This document shows positions 17,532-27,529 of a DNA stretch of 64,000 nucleotides, piece after piece. The notes under the pieces are model-generated. The model saw only the letters and a list, made by a program, of their open reading frames with translations. It made no database searches and was not told where the DNA came from. The DNA lies in the IMG/VR virus record IMGVR_UViG_3300031952_000001, positions 1 through 64,000 of that record; one strand, written 5' to 3'. Every line of letters starts with the position of its first letter. Position 1 is the first letter of the stretch. The position numbers and the translations under genes are program-made.

Positions 17532-20365
17532 CAGGCATTATCGACATCAAGCAGCTGGACGAAGCGCGCTTCAGGTTCACTGAGCTGGGTGACGCCATCA
17601 GCGGTATGTCCCAGGCGAACGTCGAGTCGATGGACTCGTTGATAGCGAGCCTTAAAGAGGGCTTCAAGTCCGTTATTGAGGAGGTGTCTCACGATCCGCG
17701 ACTGATCGGAGGGGGTAGAGTGGCCGGCGTCAGCGAGCAGTACGTTTCCTCCATCGCAGGGAAGTTCAGCGGCATGTCGCAAGGGGTGACGCACTCCTTT
17801 GAGAGCTTGGAGCGCACCTTGACGGGTGTTGAGAAGAGCTTTGGTACGATGGCGGATGACGCTCGTGCCAAGATCTCGGGGGTCGGTGGCGAGGCGGATC
17901 ATGATGGCGAGGGTGCTGACACCGAAGGTGAGGCGAAGGATCCGAAGCAAAAAGGCACGGACAAGAAGAAGAAGGGCATCGCCGGCATCGTTCAAGCTGA
18001 GGGTCGGAATCTCAAGGGCCGTGTTCAAGGCATGCTGTCGCGCATGAAAATACCAAACAAGGTCGGCGCTGTCATGGCCGGTGGGCTCGGCATCCTCACC
18101 TACGGGTACATGGACCGGAATCGCGTCCGTGCCGAGGCGGGAGAGGTCAAGAACATCCTCATCGCGGCGTACGACGATGGTGTGAAGGGTTCCCTGGCTG
18201 CGGGTACTGCGAGCCTTTCGAGAATGCAGGAGGCCTTTCAGAAGTACAAGGGGATCCAGCGCGAGGAGATCCAGAACACCGCGCAGGCTCTTGTGGATGG
18301 TGGCTTCAGTGTGGACCAGATGCTTCGGGAGGTGAGTGGGAACATTCGCGATGTGCAGTCCAGTGCGTTGTCGACGACCCTCGCCTTGGACAAGATGTTT
18401 GAGCTGCCGGGCGGCGAGAGCGCGAAGCGCATGGTCTCCATGATGGCGCTCTACGGCAAGAACTCGAACGATGCTCGGGAGTCCCTCACGAGGATGTACC
18501 TGGTAGGTCGGGACTCCGGAATCGGAGCGATGCAGTTCGTGAAGAACGTCGAGGACGCCAGCTCTGAGCTGTCGGTGATGGGCTTCAACATCGACCATGT
18601 CGTCGACATCTACGCCTCAGTCACGGAGTCGTTCGAGAAGATGGGCGTCCCCAAGCAGTTTGCCGGTCGTCAGGCGGCGCTGGGCATGCAGCAGATCTCC
18701 AGTGGGATCGCCAAGATGTCTGACAACTGGATGGTTGTTCTCGGTGAGCGGATGGGTCACGGCCGCGGATTGGAAGCCCGCCAGGGGATGATGGATGCCT
18801 TCACTCGGGTCTTGAAAGATCGCGACGTCAACGAGCTTCAGAAGATCATCTCTACGGTTTGGGACATGGCCTTGAAGGCAACCGGTGGGAACGAGGAGGC
18901 TGCTCGGTACTACGTTGAGAAGCAGGTGGGTTGGGGCTACGAAGGTGCTCGTGTGGTTCAGAACATTGGACGCATGGCTAAGGAAGGCCGTATGGTCGAG
19001 TCGGCGAAGGCCACCGCGGACAGCTTTGCGATCTTGAAGGAGTCCTTCGAAACGGAGAAGGAGAAGGCCAGCCAATTTGAACTCATGATGAACACCTGGA
19101 TGAAGGGCTTGGCTTTTATGGGGCAGGCGATTCTTGGCATGGTTGTGCAGTTCATTGCATGGATGATTGCCTACTTCAAGGCCCTTCCTCAGTTTTTTTC
19201 GAATTTGAAGAACTTGGATTTTGAGGCCAACACTCGTCTTGCGGCGGATTTAAATCACACTTTCTGGAACATGGGTGCACATCAGGATCAACTCAAATCT
19301 GCTGCATCACAGATGGCTAACACAGCAGGGGCGATGTTTACGGATGTTTTGGGTAATTCTATGCGCTCCCTGGACACCGCTTGGAACTTCGATCCTACGG
19401 GGAAGAGACCCCCAGCCCCTGCTTCGGCTCCTGGAGGGGGTGGTGCAGGAGGTGGGGGTGGGGGTGGTGCCCCCCGCATCATCACGATTCCAGTGCCCGT
19501 GGCGGGGGCGGGAGGCAGCCAATCCATCCCAGCTACACCACCTCCGGCGTCCGTTGTGGGGGGTGTTCCTACGGACCAGTGGGCGGGGGGTGGAGTTACC
19601 TTGAGTGTCGAGGGTCCTGACCCCTTAGGGAACCTCACGGTCATGCTCGGAGGAAATTGTCCCCGGTGCGGTTACAGCTTTGCAGAAGGGGGAGCAGCAG
19701 CTCCAGAAACCGAATCTCCCGGTGGGGATCCATGGGGTCACTACGAGAGTGGCGCTGCGGGTGCTACTGCCGGTCCCGCCACTGCCGCTGCTGCTAGTGT
19801 CGGCCCTGGCTCGGCCCCAGGCCCTGGAGCCAGTGCTGGTGGTGGAGCGGGTGCTCCTGCGGCCATGTCAGGCTACCAGGGCGCTCCAGGGACATTCTCT
19901 AGCATGGGTTTGGCCCCTGAAGGAAAGTTCTCAGGTGACGACGTAGAGGCTCTGGCGAGGATGATGCAATCTGAAACCGGCGGCCTGCGCGCAGACAGGA
20001 AGAATGAGCAGCTCGGTACTGCGTGGACGGCGTTGAATAGGCGGGGTGCACGGGAGGGTGGGGGGAGTCTTCAGAAAACCATAACTAAGGACAAGGGTTG
20101 GGGCAAGAGTGATGCTGGCGTGCTTCCCGGGGGGCGGCGGCAGTTTGCTTCCGGGGCTAAACCTGGTCAGCCTATGATAGACTTTGCACGATCCATTTTG
20201 AGAGGTGACGAAGGAACTGCGGACCCAACCGGAGGTGCCACGTCATTCGTACATCGTCCAATTGGAGCGAAGTATGGTCATAAAAATGCTCCAGGGGAGA
20301 AGGAATTAGTTTCGTTTGCAATTCCAAAGGATCCTAAGCACCGGGAAGTCACATTCTTCAAATAG
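17528..20365 (+). CDS. Tape measure protein paralog 3 (945 aa) with C-terminal SleB/Hydrolase_2-like cell-wall hydrolase
   Basis: Same core; Gly/Ala/Pro linker; VEALARMMQSE...TAWTALNR...DPTGGATSF is SleB-like with the catalytic Glu present. Confidence 0.75.
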   Translation: MTGIIDIKQLDEARFRFTELGDAISGMSQANVESMDSLIASLKEGFKSVIEEVSHDPRLIGGGRVAGVSEQYVSSIAGKFSGMSQGVTHSFESLERTLTGVEKSFGTMADDARAKISGVGGEADHDGEGADTEGEAKDPKQKGTDKKKKGIAGIVQAEGRNLKGRVQGMLSRMKIPNKVGAVMAGGLGILTYGYMDRNRVRAEAGEVKNILIAAYDDGVKGSLAAGTASLSRMQEAFQKYKGIQREEIQNTAQALVDGGFSVDQMLREVSGNIRDVQSSALSTTLALDKMFELPGGESAKRMVSMMALYGKNSNDARESLTRMYLVGRDSGIGAMQFVKNVEDASSELSVMGFNIDHVVDIYASVTESFEKMGVPKQFAGRQAALGMQQISSGIAKMSDNWMVVLGERMGHGRGLEARQGMMDAFTRVLKDRDVNELQKIISTVWDMALKATGGNEEAARYYVEKQVGWGYEGARVVQNIGRMAKEGRMVESAKATADSFAILKESFETEKEKASQFELMMNTWMKGLAFMGQAILGMVVQFIAWMIAYFKALPQFFSNLKNLDFEANTRLAADLNHTFWNMGAHQDQLKSAASQMANTAGAMFTDVLGNSMRSLDTAWNFDPTGKRPPAPASAPGGGGAGGGGGGGAPRIITIPVPVAGAGGSQSIPATPPPASVVGGVPTDQWAGGGVTLSVEGPDPLGNLTVMLGGNCPRCGYSFAEGGAAAPETESPGGDPWGHYESGAAGATAGPATAAAASVGPGSAPGPGASAGGGAGAPAAMSGYQGAPGTFSSMGLAPEGKFSGDDVEALARMMQSETGGLRADRKNEQLGTAWTALNRRGAREGGGSLQKTITKDKGWGKSDAGVLPGGRRQFASGAKPGQPMIDFARSILRGDEGTADPTGGATSFVHRPIGAKYGHKNAPGEKELVSFAIPKDPKHREVTFFK

Positions 20366-20431
20366 AATTGTTTAGGGGATATTGGATCTATTGTAGTGCA
20401 AAAAAAGTTCTAGAAGAAAAAGGTTTGAAAC

Positions 20432-21187
20432 ATGCCTACATTTTTGGAAAATATGAAGCAGGCTTTCGGTCCCAGCAACGGGATGCCGGTGCCTACAGTA
20501 GAGCGGATTCTCGACCGCATTCTGAACCCGTACGAAGATGTTGCGTACCGAGTGCCGTTCATCTTCACTTCGGATCAGAGGATCAAGGACGCGATCCCTC
20601 CAGTGCGGATGAAGATGAATCCGGAGACCGTGACGTTCTCGCAGAACAAGAGGATCACGCGGCGTGATACGCAGTCCGGTGCGGTCTTCTTCCACTGGAC
20701 GAACGCCAAGGGGCAGAACAACGATGTCATCAACATCAGCTTCGCCGGCTCCACGGGGAACATCAACCTGAGGACCGGGGCCCAGCGCAACAGCAAGATT
20801 GCGTCCGACCAGATAAAGAGGTTCCGAGACTGGATGAAGTCCGCTACGAAGCAGGAAGGTCTCGACGTGGAGACGCTGGCGGGTGCGTCTAAGCTCGTGA
20901 ATTTCTGGAATCTCTACAACCTGACCGTGGAGCCGGTGATCGATCCATTCAAAGGCTACCAGAACAAGTTCTACTTCATGTACTCCAGCCCGATCCTTGG
21001 AAACGCCTTGATTCAGTTCATCGGCCATTTCGACAAGGTCTTGGAGTTCACGGACGACGCGGCCAACCCGTTCAACAAGAACTACTCCTTCAGCTTCGTG
21101 GCGACGGAGACGATTCCGTCCATGGATGCCATCTTCAGGTACATCTCTCAGGCCTTGGGTACTCAGTTCTTCAATGAGTTGGAGTAG
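20432..21187 (+). CDS. Baseplate tube-initiator/hub-like protein
   Basis: MKMNPETVTFSQNKRITRRDT...HW...INISFAGSTG pattern typical of post-tape-measure tube-fold proteins. Confidence 0.6.
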   Translation: MPTFLENMKQAFGPSNGMPVPTVERILDRILNPYEDVAYRVPFIFTSDQRIKDAIPPVRMKMNPETVTFSQNKRITRRDTQSGAVFFHWTNAKGQNNDVINISFAGSTGNINLRTGAQRNSKIASDQIKRFRDWMKSATKQEGLDVETLAGASKLVNFWNLYNLTVEPVIDPFKGYQNKFYFMYSSPILGNALIQFIGHFDKVLEFTDDAANPFNKNYSFSFVATETIPSMDAIFRYISQALGTQFFNELE

Positions 21188-21189
21188 CT

Positions 21190-23661
21190 ATGGAACTCGG
21201 AAGCACACTGGAGAGGCAGAAGTACGGCATCACGTCGCAGAACGGGATCTACCGTGCAGCGTTTCCCGCTTTCAGGGTCTTCATCTACGGTGAAGAGGTT
21301 TCGGGTGACGTCGTCGAGGTGCGTGTGAATCAGTCCGGTGGGAGCATGGATCGCTCCCCAGGCACGTTCTCTGTCTCTCTGGCGAACATAGGGGACAAGT
21401 ACATTCTCGACCACAACGATATGGTGGCCCTGTCGGAGTCTCGGGACAAGCTCATTAACACACTCGGAGAGAACGCGGACGCCTATGAATACTTGATGAG
21501 TTCCCTCAGGGACTCCGCAGGCGAGGATGAAAACGTCATTTCTGAGATGGGTCGCATGCTGTCCAGCTCGGGTCGTTTCAGTGATCTGGCGGAATACTAT
21601 TCGTCTTATTACTCAGAGCTTTTGAAGACGGGATATTATCAAGGTGCCTGGGACGAGAATAGGGTTCCGGATCACCTCAAGTGGAGTGTCGTTCAGAAGA
21701 AGGCACCTCTCGTGGTGCCTGGCTGGCAGGCGTTCTACGAGGAGTTCAAGAAGGACGGAACCTACTTGACCAAGTTCTTCCTGAACAAGGAGGGGTTCAT
21801 TTACCCCTTCGCAGAGGGTGATTGCATCTTCCACCCCAACGATCCCGTTCGGATCGCCTTCAGGGATCCTTTCGATCCCTCGATCTGGTACTGGTCTTTC
21901 ACTGGGTTCGTAGATGGTTTCGTAGAAGACCGTGGAGCGAACCAGGAGTCCATAGTAACAATCACGGGTACGGACGTCACGAAGATGGCCCGGTACTCTA
22001 TGTTCCAGACTTCCACGGACGCAGTGCGGGATGCAGCCATCACGAAGTTGTTCCCCATCTTCGAGTCGACCACCACGGAGGTAAAGTGGACTGCGTATTC
22101 TGAGCTGTTTGCACACTTCACTATCTTCGAGATGCTGGAGCTGCTGTTCTTTGGACTTGAGTCCTACAAGGAGTCTGTCACAGAGTTCGTGCAGAGAGCC
22201 TGCACCCAGATGGACCCCTCTGAGGTGGACCAGTTCCTCATCCACTCTGCGACCAAGCAGAGCAGCGAGGAGCTGAAGAGCATGGCCTATAACGAGAAGG
22301 TCGCTCTCATGAAGACCTATATGGGCGGGGACAAGACTACGCGGTTCGAGGGTGCGCGCTTCCCGCCATTACAGACGCCGCAAGGTACGAAGTTCCAACG
22401 GAAGGACGAGAAGTACGGAACCTATGCGTTCTTCATTGGGAAGGCGGATAACTACGACAAGTCCATGGGTGTGGAAGTTCCTATCACGGAGTTGAGAAGT
22501 CTTAACGATTTCTTGAACCATCGAGTTACTGAAAATGATCCTCTGAGCATGGGTGCCAACTCCAAGGCGAAGACCTATTGGGTTCCATCCATAACCCTGA
22601 ACGACGTCATTACCCATATAGGCAGAAATATAGAAGACTACCCCGTCGGTTCTGGGCGCGTGGTGTACGTTGCACCATCCGGGCTGGGCCTTGGCGTCTC
22701 TTCCGGTGTCATGGACGAGGTCATGAACGCCGCGGGTGGTGGTCTGCATTCGGAGTTTAAGGACCGGTTGACCTACCTGTACGATCTGGCAGAGCAGATT
22801 CAGTTTTGTTTCTATGCGACCCCTCGTGGGGACGTTGTGTTCGAGATGCCGTTCTATGATTTCGATCCGTGGGTTTGGGATAGCGCGGGTACCTTCTTGT
22901 CGAACGACACCCTGGACACCGCCGCTTCCGCTAGGAGGAAGACCCTTGAAGATCTGCGCCTGAACGTAGAGGCGTGGTCCAAGGGCAGTATCAAGTATTC
23001 CGAGGCCGACATCTACAAGATGATGCAGCTTTCCTCCGACTTGCAGTTGGTCCAGGAAGGATTTTCGCTGACGGAGTCCGAGACCTCCGCGACGAACTAT
23101 TCCGACTACTATACGATCAACAAGCACGAGACCTATGGTTACAGCAATGCTCTAAATGATAGTGGTTTGAAAACATTCGCTCGCTGCGCCCCCTACGTCA
23201 TGGAGCGTATGGGTGAAGGTTTTAACCCCATAGACATGAGGGAGTATCAGTTTGTGTACGTTCCGTCTCTTGCGCCCCTTCTTGGGTTCAGGGCAGCTTC
23301 AGACAAGAGTCCTTGGACACAGGTAACTTCCGCTGAGGGTGCCCAGATTTTCGCTTCCCTGGATCTCAGGAAGTGCAATGCAGAAGCCCGGACTTTGAAC
23401 ATTCAGGTTCTTCCGCATTTCGGCTTCATGGTGAACAGGACTTTGTACTGGCGTCAGCGCAACTACGTTGCCAATATCGTCAGCTGCTCTCATAGTATCG
23501 CCGTGAACAGCTCCTGTGAAACTCAAGTCAACGTGAACTACGCGCGTGCGTGGATGGGTGATTACGCTGAGGGTAGCAAGAGCCCCAAGATGGAAGTTTT
23601 TCGCCATTTCGGTGGAGATCTTCCGTTCAGCTATGCAGCATTGTTGGACGCGAACAAGTAA
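21190..23661 (+). CDS. Baseplate hub protein (gp27/VgrG-like, 823 aa)
   Basis: Synteny; N-terminal SPGTFSVSLAN...FTGFVD...ITGTDVTK beta pattern; C-terminal YVANIVSCSHSI...TQVNVNYAR. Confidence 0.6.
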   Translation: MELGSTLERQKYGITSQNGIYRAAFPAFRVFIYGEEVSGDVVEVRVNQSGGSMDRSPGTFSVSLANIGDKYILDHNDMVALSESRDKLINTLGENADAYEYLMSSLRDSAGEDENVISEMGRMLSSSGRFSDLAEYYSSYYSELLKTGYYQGAWDENRVPDHLKWSVVQKKAPLVVPGWQAFYEEFKKDGTYLTKFFLNKEGFIYPFAEGDCIFHPNDPVRIAFRDPFDPSIWYWSFTGFVDGFVEDRGANQESIVTITGTDVTKMARYSMFQTSTDAVRDAAITKLFPIFESTTTEVKWTAYSELFAHFTIFEMLELLFFGLESYKESVTEFVQRACTQMDPSEVDQFLIHSATKQSSEELKSMAYNEKVALMKTYMGGDKTTRFEGARFPPLQTPQGTKFQRKDEKYGTYAFFIGKADNYDKSMGVEVPITELRSLNDFLNHRVTENDPLSMGANSKAKTYWVPSITLNDVITHIGRNIEDYPVGSGRVVYVAPSGLGLGVSSGVMDEVMNAAGGGLHSEFKDRLTYLYDLAEQIQFCFYATPRGDVVFEMPFYDFDPWVWDSAGTFLSNDTLDTAASARRKTLEDLRLNVEAWSKGSIKYSEADIYKMMQLSSDLQLVQEGFSLTESETSATNYSDYYTINKHETYGYSNALNDSGLKTFARCAPYVMERMGEGFNPIDMREYQFVYVPSLAPLLGFRAASDKSPWTQVTSAEGAQIFASLDLRKCNAEARTLNIQVLPHFGFMVNRTLYWRQRNYVANIVSCSHSIAVNSSCETQVNVNYARAWMGDYAEGSKSPKMEVFRHFGGDLPFSYAALLDANK

Positions 23662-23670
23662 GGTGCTTCA

Positions 23671-25140
23671 ATGGGTGGTAGCGGTCGACAAAACATGAAT
23701 CCGAGTACGTCCTCCATCTTGGAGGATCGTAGGCTACATCGTGAGTTCTACTCGTCCATACATCGAGTTGTGGTTACAGACCTTCATCTGAGTAAGGGAA
23801 CTGTCGGTGTTAAGTTCCTTAACGGTGGGGACCCTCGTGAGGTCTCTATCCCGTTGGTCGGGTTTTCTATGCCTGCGAAGGCAAATGATTCTGATAAGAA
23901 TTACTTGAGGGCATCCTGGGGTGTGTATTTTCCGCAAGTGGGTGATGTTCTCAAGGTTGGATTTAGCGTCTCGGGGCAGGCCTACACCCTGGGGTATGAC
24001 ACCATCGATTTCAGCGTTTTTGAGCGCTTTGACACCGCTACGGAGCCTACCGGCGGTATCGGCTGGGGCGATGCGTCGGGGAAGCGTCTCCGACCGGGTG
24101 ACTGGAGTTTCAAGAGCGCGCGGGGCTGCGCATTCTACATGGGCGACCGCATTTCGTTGACGGCTGGTCCGCACTCGATCACATTGGATAAGCCCCAGAA
24201 CGAGGTGAGGATCCAGTCGGATCTCATCCACCAGCGCTACGGCGGGGCTTCGGAGTCGCGGTCGGGCTCCGTGAAGCGCCTTTTGACACCTGTCGACACC
24301 TCGGAGATGCCGGTCTACGACGTGGTCTTCGGAAGCGTTGCGCAAGAGCACACGCACTACGTTAAGCGGGCGACGATCCCCTTCCCTGCGGGCCAGGTCA
24401 TGGTCCGGACCTCCGAAGGTGAGGTGGTCGACGACCTGACGGCACAGATCGTGCCTCCAGCGACCTTCTCTCCGGACCTCGCGGTAGCGCTCACGGGGAC
24501 GGGGGTGCGGATCCTGCGGGAGGTCATGGATGACGCCAAGGGCGTGGTTCCGATGTGGATGGAGCTGGTCGACAACCTGGGGAACTGGGGCATGTCGGCC
24601 AAGACCGCCATCGGACTCCAGTGGTTCACGCCGGCCTCAACCTGGACAGTGTTGAACAACATGGTCTCCTGGACGACCGCGGCGAAGTATGATCTGATCG
24701 TCGGGGCCGACTACAGCGTGACCGTGGGTGGGAAGATGTCGTTCACGGTGGGGGGCCTGGCCGAGATGACGGCCGGCGGTGTCCTCAACCTGACTGCCGC
24801 GGCGGCGATGACCTTGAAGGCGGCATCCATCGCTCTGGCGGCCCCCTCGATCTCCCTGGGGGCGAGTCCTTGCGTGATGTCGTGCGCAGGCGGCCCTTTG
24901 ACGCTCGATTCTCCGCTGATGCTCCTGGGCATCGCGGCGTCGGAGCCCCTGATCAAAGGCACGATGTTCAAAGCAGCATTGGATGGCTACTTGACGGCGT
25001 GTAGCCTGGCTTTCACGGCTCTTGCGGGGCTACCACTGCTTGCCCCCGCGACAGCTCAGTTCACGGCCTTGGCGACCGCGGCAGGGGTGCTCTCTGCCGC
25101 TTTGAGTGGTACGTTGTCGACGAAGTCGATGACGCTGTAG
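23671..25140 (+). CDS. Baseplate central spike (gp5/GpV-like)
   Basis: N-terminal OB-fold-like region (VVTDLH..KGTVGV...PQVGDVLKVGF), C-terminal beta-strand repeats (YSVTVGGKMSFTVGG...). Confidence 0.65.
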   Translation: MGGSGRQNMNPSTSSILEDRRLHREFYSSIHRVVVTDLHLSKGTVGVKFLNGGDPREVSIPLVGFSMPAKANDSDKNYLRASWGVYFPQVGDVLKVGFSVSGQAYTLGYDTIDFSVFERFDTATEPTGGIGWGDASGKRLRPGDWSFKSARGCAFYMGDRISLTAGPHSITLDKPQNEVRIQSDLIHQRYGGASESRSGSVKRLLTPVDTSEMPVYDVVFGSVAQEHTHYVKRATIPFPAGQVMVRTSEGEVVDDLTAQIVPPATFSPDLAVALTGTGVRILREVMDDAKGVVPMWMELVDNLGNWGMSAKTAIGLQWFTPASTWTVLNNMVSWTTAAKYDLIVGADYSVTVGGKMSFTVGGLAEMTAGGVLNLTAAAAMTLKAASIALAAPSISLGASPCVMSCAGGPLTLDSPLMLLGIAASEPLIKGTMFKAALDGYLTACSLAFTALAGLPLLAPATAQFTALATAAGVLSAALSGTLSTKSMTL

Positions 25141-25147
25141 GTGGAAC

Positions 25148-25648
25148 ATGGCTCTGACCCCTGGTGGAACCGTTGTGAAGTGCATCCTGGAGTGGCTGTA
25201 CGCCCAGGTTGCACCTCTCTTGGAGGCGCTGAAGGCGATCCTTCTCGCGATCATCCAGTTCATCGACCTCCAGGTTCAGTTCCTGAAAGCCCTGCTGTCC
25301 CAGCTCGACATCCTGAAGGTCATCGAGGAGGCTGCCTGGGCCATCGTTCAGGCCGTGATCGATAAGGTCCGGGACACCCTGACAGCGATACCTGAGGGGC
25401 CCCTCAAAGAGCTGTGCCCTGAGTTCTACCAGATGTTTACGGACCCTGCGTTGCAGATTTTCGATACCTTGGTCTCAGGGCTATCCATCTACAGGGAACG
25501 CTACAAAAATGTGTTATCCTTCATGGACGAAGTTGAGGTCCTCTTTCAGTATTGGGAGGGGATCAAGAGCGAGTTGGTCGCACTGGTAGAGTCCATCGAC
25601 GACGCGATATATTGGGCCAAGATGGAAGCAGCATCGGCGGTGCCGTAA
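25148..25648 (+). CDS. Hypothetical helical protein in baseplate cluster
   Basis: Well-spaced ORF with phage-like codon usage. Confidence 0.6.
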   Translation: MALTPGGTVVKCILEWLYAQVAPLLEALKAILLAIIQFIDLQVQFLKALLSQLDILKVIEEAAWAIVQAVIDKVRDTLTAIPEGPLKELCPEFYQMFTDPALQIFDTLVSGLSIYRERYKNVLSFMDEVEVLFQYWEGIKSELVALVESIDDAIYWAKMEAASAVP

Positions 25649-25649
25649 G

Positions 25650-26084
25650 ATGAGCTGGACTTTCAAAGTGATGAACGGGGACATTGTTCGGAAGCCTGCG
25701 AACAACGGGTACGACTCGGTTACGGGTCTGGACAAGCTGCGTCAGGAGTGCCGCATGGTGCTCACGTCGGGCGTGCGCCGCAGCGGAATTGGTACCGGTC
25801 TGGAGCGCATCCTGGGCCGCGCGACGGACAACGAGCCTGATCTCGGGTGGTCATCCCCACCCATGCTTCAGTTCCAGCAGTGGGTCCGGGACGGTCTCAG
25901 CAGGTATCGGTACGTGCAGAGGAGCTTCCAGTTCAGTCGTCGAACCCCGGCGGAGCTTCTCGACGACTTCTCTCCGGTCCAGATCTGGATGGACGAGACC
26001 GATCCTCGGGTCTTCAGGTGGCGTGTCGATTTCTACACGTTAGGGAAGCTGCCGAACTTCGCCTTGGGCGGCACGACGAGGTAG
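25650..26084 (+). CDS. Baseplate wedge protein (gp25-like)
   Basis: 144 aa between spike and baseplate J; size and position typical. Confidence 0.55.
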   Translation: MSWTFKVMNGDIVRKPANNGYDSVTGLDKLRQECRMVLTSGVRRSGIGTGLERILGRATDNEPDLGWSSPPMLQFQQWVRDGLSRYRYVQRSFQFSRRTPAELLDDFSPVQIWMDETDPRVFRWRVDFYTLGKLPNFALGGTTR

Positions 26085-26087
26085 CGC

Positions 26088-27518
26088 ATGGTTATCCAGA
26101 GAAAAACAGTAGCTCAGTTCGAGGATCAGCTTTCCAACGGGGTCGCGTCTCGTGACGAGACCATCGATACCTACATCGGCTCGATCCGAGATCTTTTCAT
26201 CACACCGCCCGCTGAGGTCATGAAGAGCGTCCACGACAACATCGTGTATCTCAGCCAGCTGACCAGCATGATCAACGCGGAGCGGTTCAATCCCGAGGAT
26301 CTCGACGCCATCGTCTACAACGAGAACGTCATCCGGTGGACCGGATCAGGGTCGTATTCGATTGTGACCTTCTCGCGCCTGCTGCCTCCGACGACAGACA
26401 TCCCGATCCCGGTAAACTTCCCTCTGTCGACCTCTCAGGATCCTCGGACGGGAACCGTTGTGAACTTCAGGACCATCGAGTCACAGGTCATGTATGGGCC
26501 ACTGACGGTTCCGTCTTCGTCGTACTACAACGCGACGACGGAGCGCTACGAGATCGATGTCGCGGTGGCGAGCGTCGTCGTAGGCACGGAGGCTTCCGTC
26601 GGGGCCTACACCATCACGCAGTTCCGAAGAGCGTTTCCGGACTTCGAGTACGTCACGAACAAGTCGGCGACGACGAGTGGCCGTGGGGTCGAGACGAACA
26701 CCGACTTGGCGATCAGGTACCAGACCCGGATCACCGGCAACCAAGAGGCGACTCCGTCGGGGCTCAAGCTGTTCTCTCTGGACAACTTCAGCAACATCTC
26801 GGATGCCTACGTCGTCTACGGAACCGACGTCAACTTGGAGCGCCACACCTCCGATGCCGGCGCGGTGGACGAGTGGGTCAAGACATCTGCACCACTGACG
26901 CACTCCTACGACACGTACTACAGAGCCTTGCGTGAGCTGATCCCCTTGCCCAAGCAGCCGCTCGTTTCGATCATCTCGGTTTCCAGCGGGGCCACCTACT
27001 ACACCGAGGGTACGGACTTCGAGAAGTCCACGGGTGACGGGATCTACGCCTACAGCGACCGGGGGCACGACGGCATTCGATTCCTCATCGGAGGGGCGGC
27101 CCCCGCGCCCAACGCTCCGTTGAAGATCGTGTACTCCTACAACTCGATGATCAACATCCTCACGGCGTACTACAAGCAGCAGGAGTATTACGTCATGGGC
27201 TCGGACATGCTCTTCCGCTGGGCTCAGCAGAAGAACATTGTCATCGAGGCGGAGCTGAAGGTTGGCTCCGGCAACCCGGACACCGTACTGTCGTTGGTCA
27301 GAGCCAAGATTCTGAGCTACATCAACAACTTGAAGTTGGGTGCTGACGTCGAGGAGTTCGACATTGACTCCCAGGTAGCTCTCGTCGGAGGTGTAGACAA
27401 CTGGGTGTATGTCACTCTGGCTGTGAAGGGCTCTTCTGGCGTGGGTGACATTCCGATAGGTCCGATGGAGTACGCCTACTTGGATGAGGCGGATCTCATC
27501 ATCAGCCTCGTTTCGTAG
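26088..27518 (+). CDS. Baseplate J-like protein
   Basis: GSIRDLFI...DLDAIVYNE...GRGVETNTDLAIR pattern of the baseplate J family. Confidence 0.75.
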   Translation: MVIQRKTVAQFEDQLSNGVASRDETIDTYIGSIRDLFITPPAEVMKSVHDNIVYLSQLTSMINAERFNPEDLDAIVYNENVIRWTGSGSYSIVTFSRLLPPTTDIPIPVNFPLSTSQDPRTGTVVNFRTIESQVMYGPLTVPSSSYYNATTERYEIDVAVASVVVGTEASVGAYTITQFRRAFPDFEYVTNKSATTSGRGVETNTDLAIRYQTRITGNQEATPSGLKLFSLDNFSNISDAYVVYGTDVNLERHTSDAGAVDEWVKTSAPLTHSYDTYYRALRELIPLPKQPLVSIISVSSGATYYTEGTDFEKSTGDGIYAYSDRGHDGIRFLIGGAAPAPNAPLKIVYSYNSMINILTAYYKQQEYYVMGSDMLFRWAQQKNIVIEAELKVGSGNPDTVLSLVRAKILSYINNLKLGADVEEFDIDSQVALVGGVDNWVYVTLAVKGSSGVGDIPIGPMEYAYLDEADLIISLVS

Positions 27519-27529
27519 AGGGCGGTGTT

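Noticed and set aside
20366-20431. AT-rich intergenic stretch with an A7 run and a TTCTAGAA palindrome, as a third late promoter
   Set aside because: It does not match TTTAAAAAATC and has no correctly spaced -10 box.
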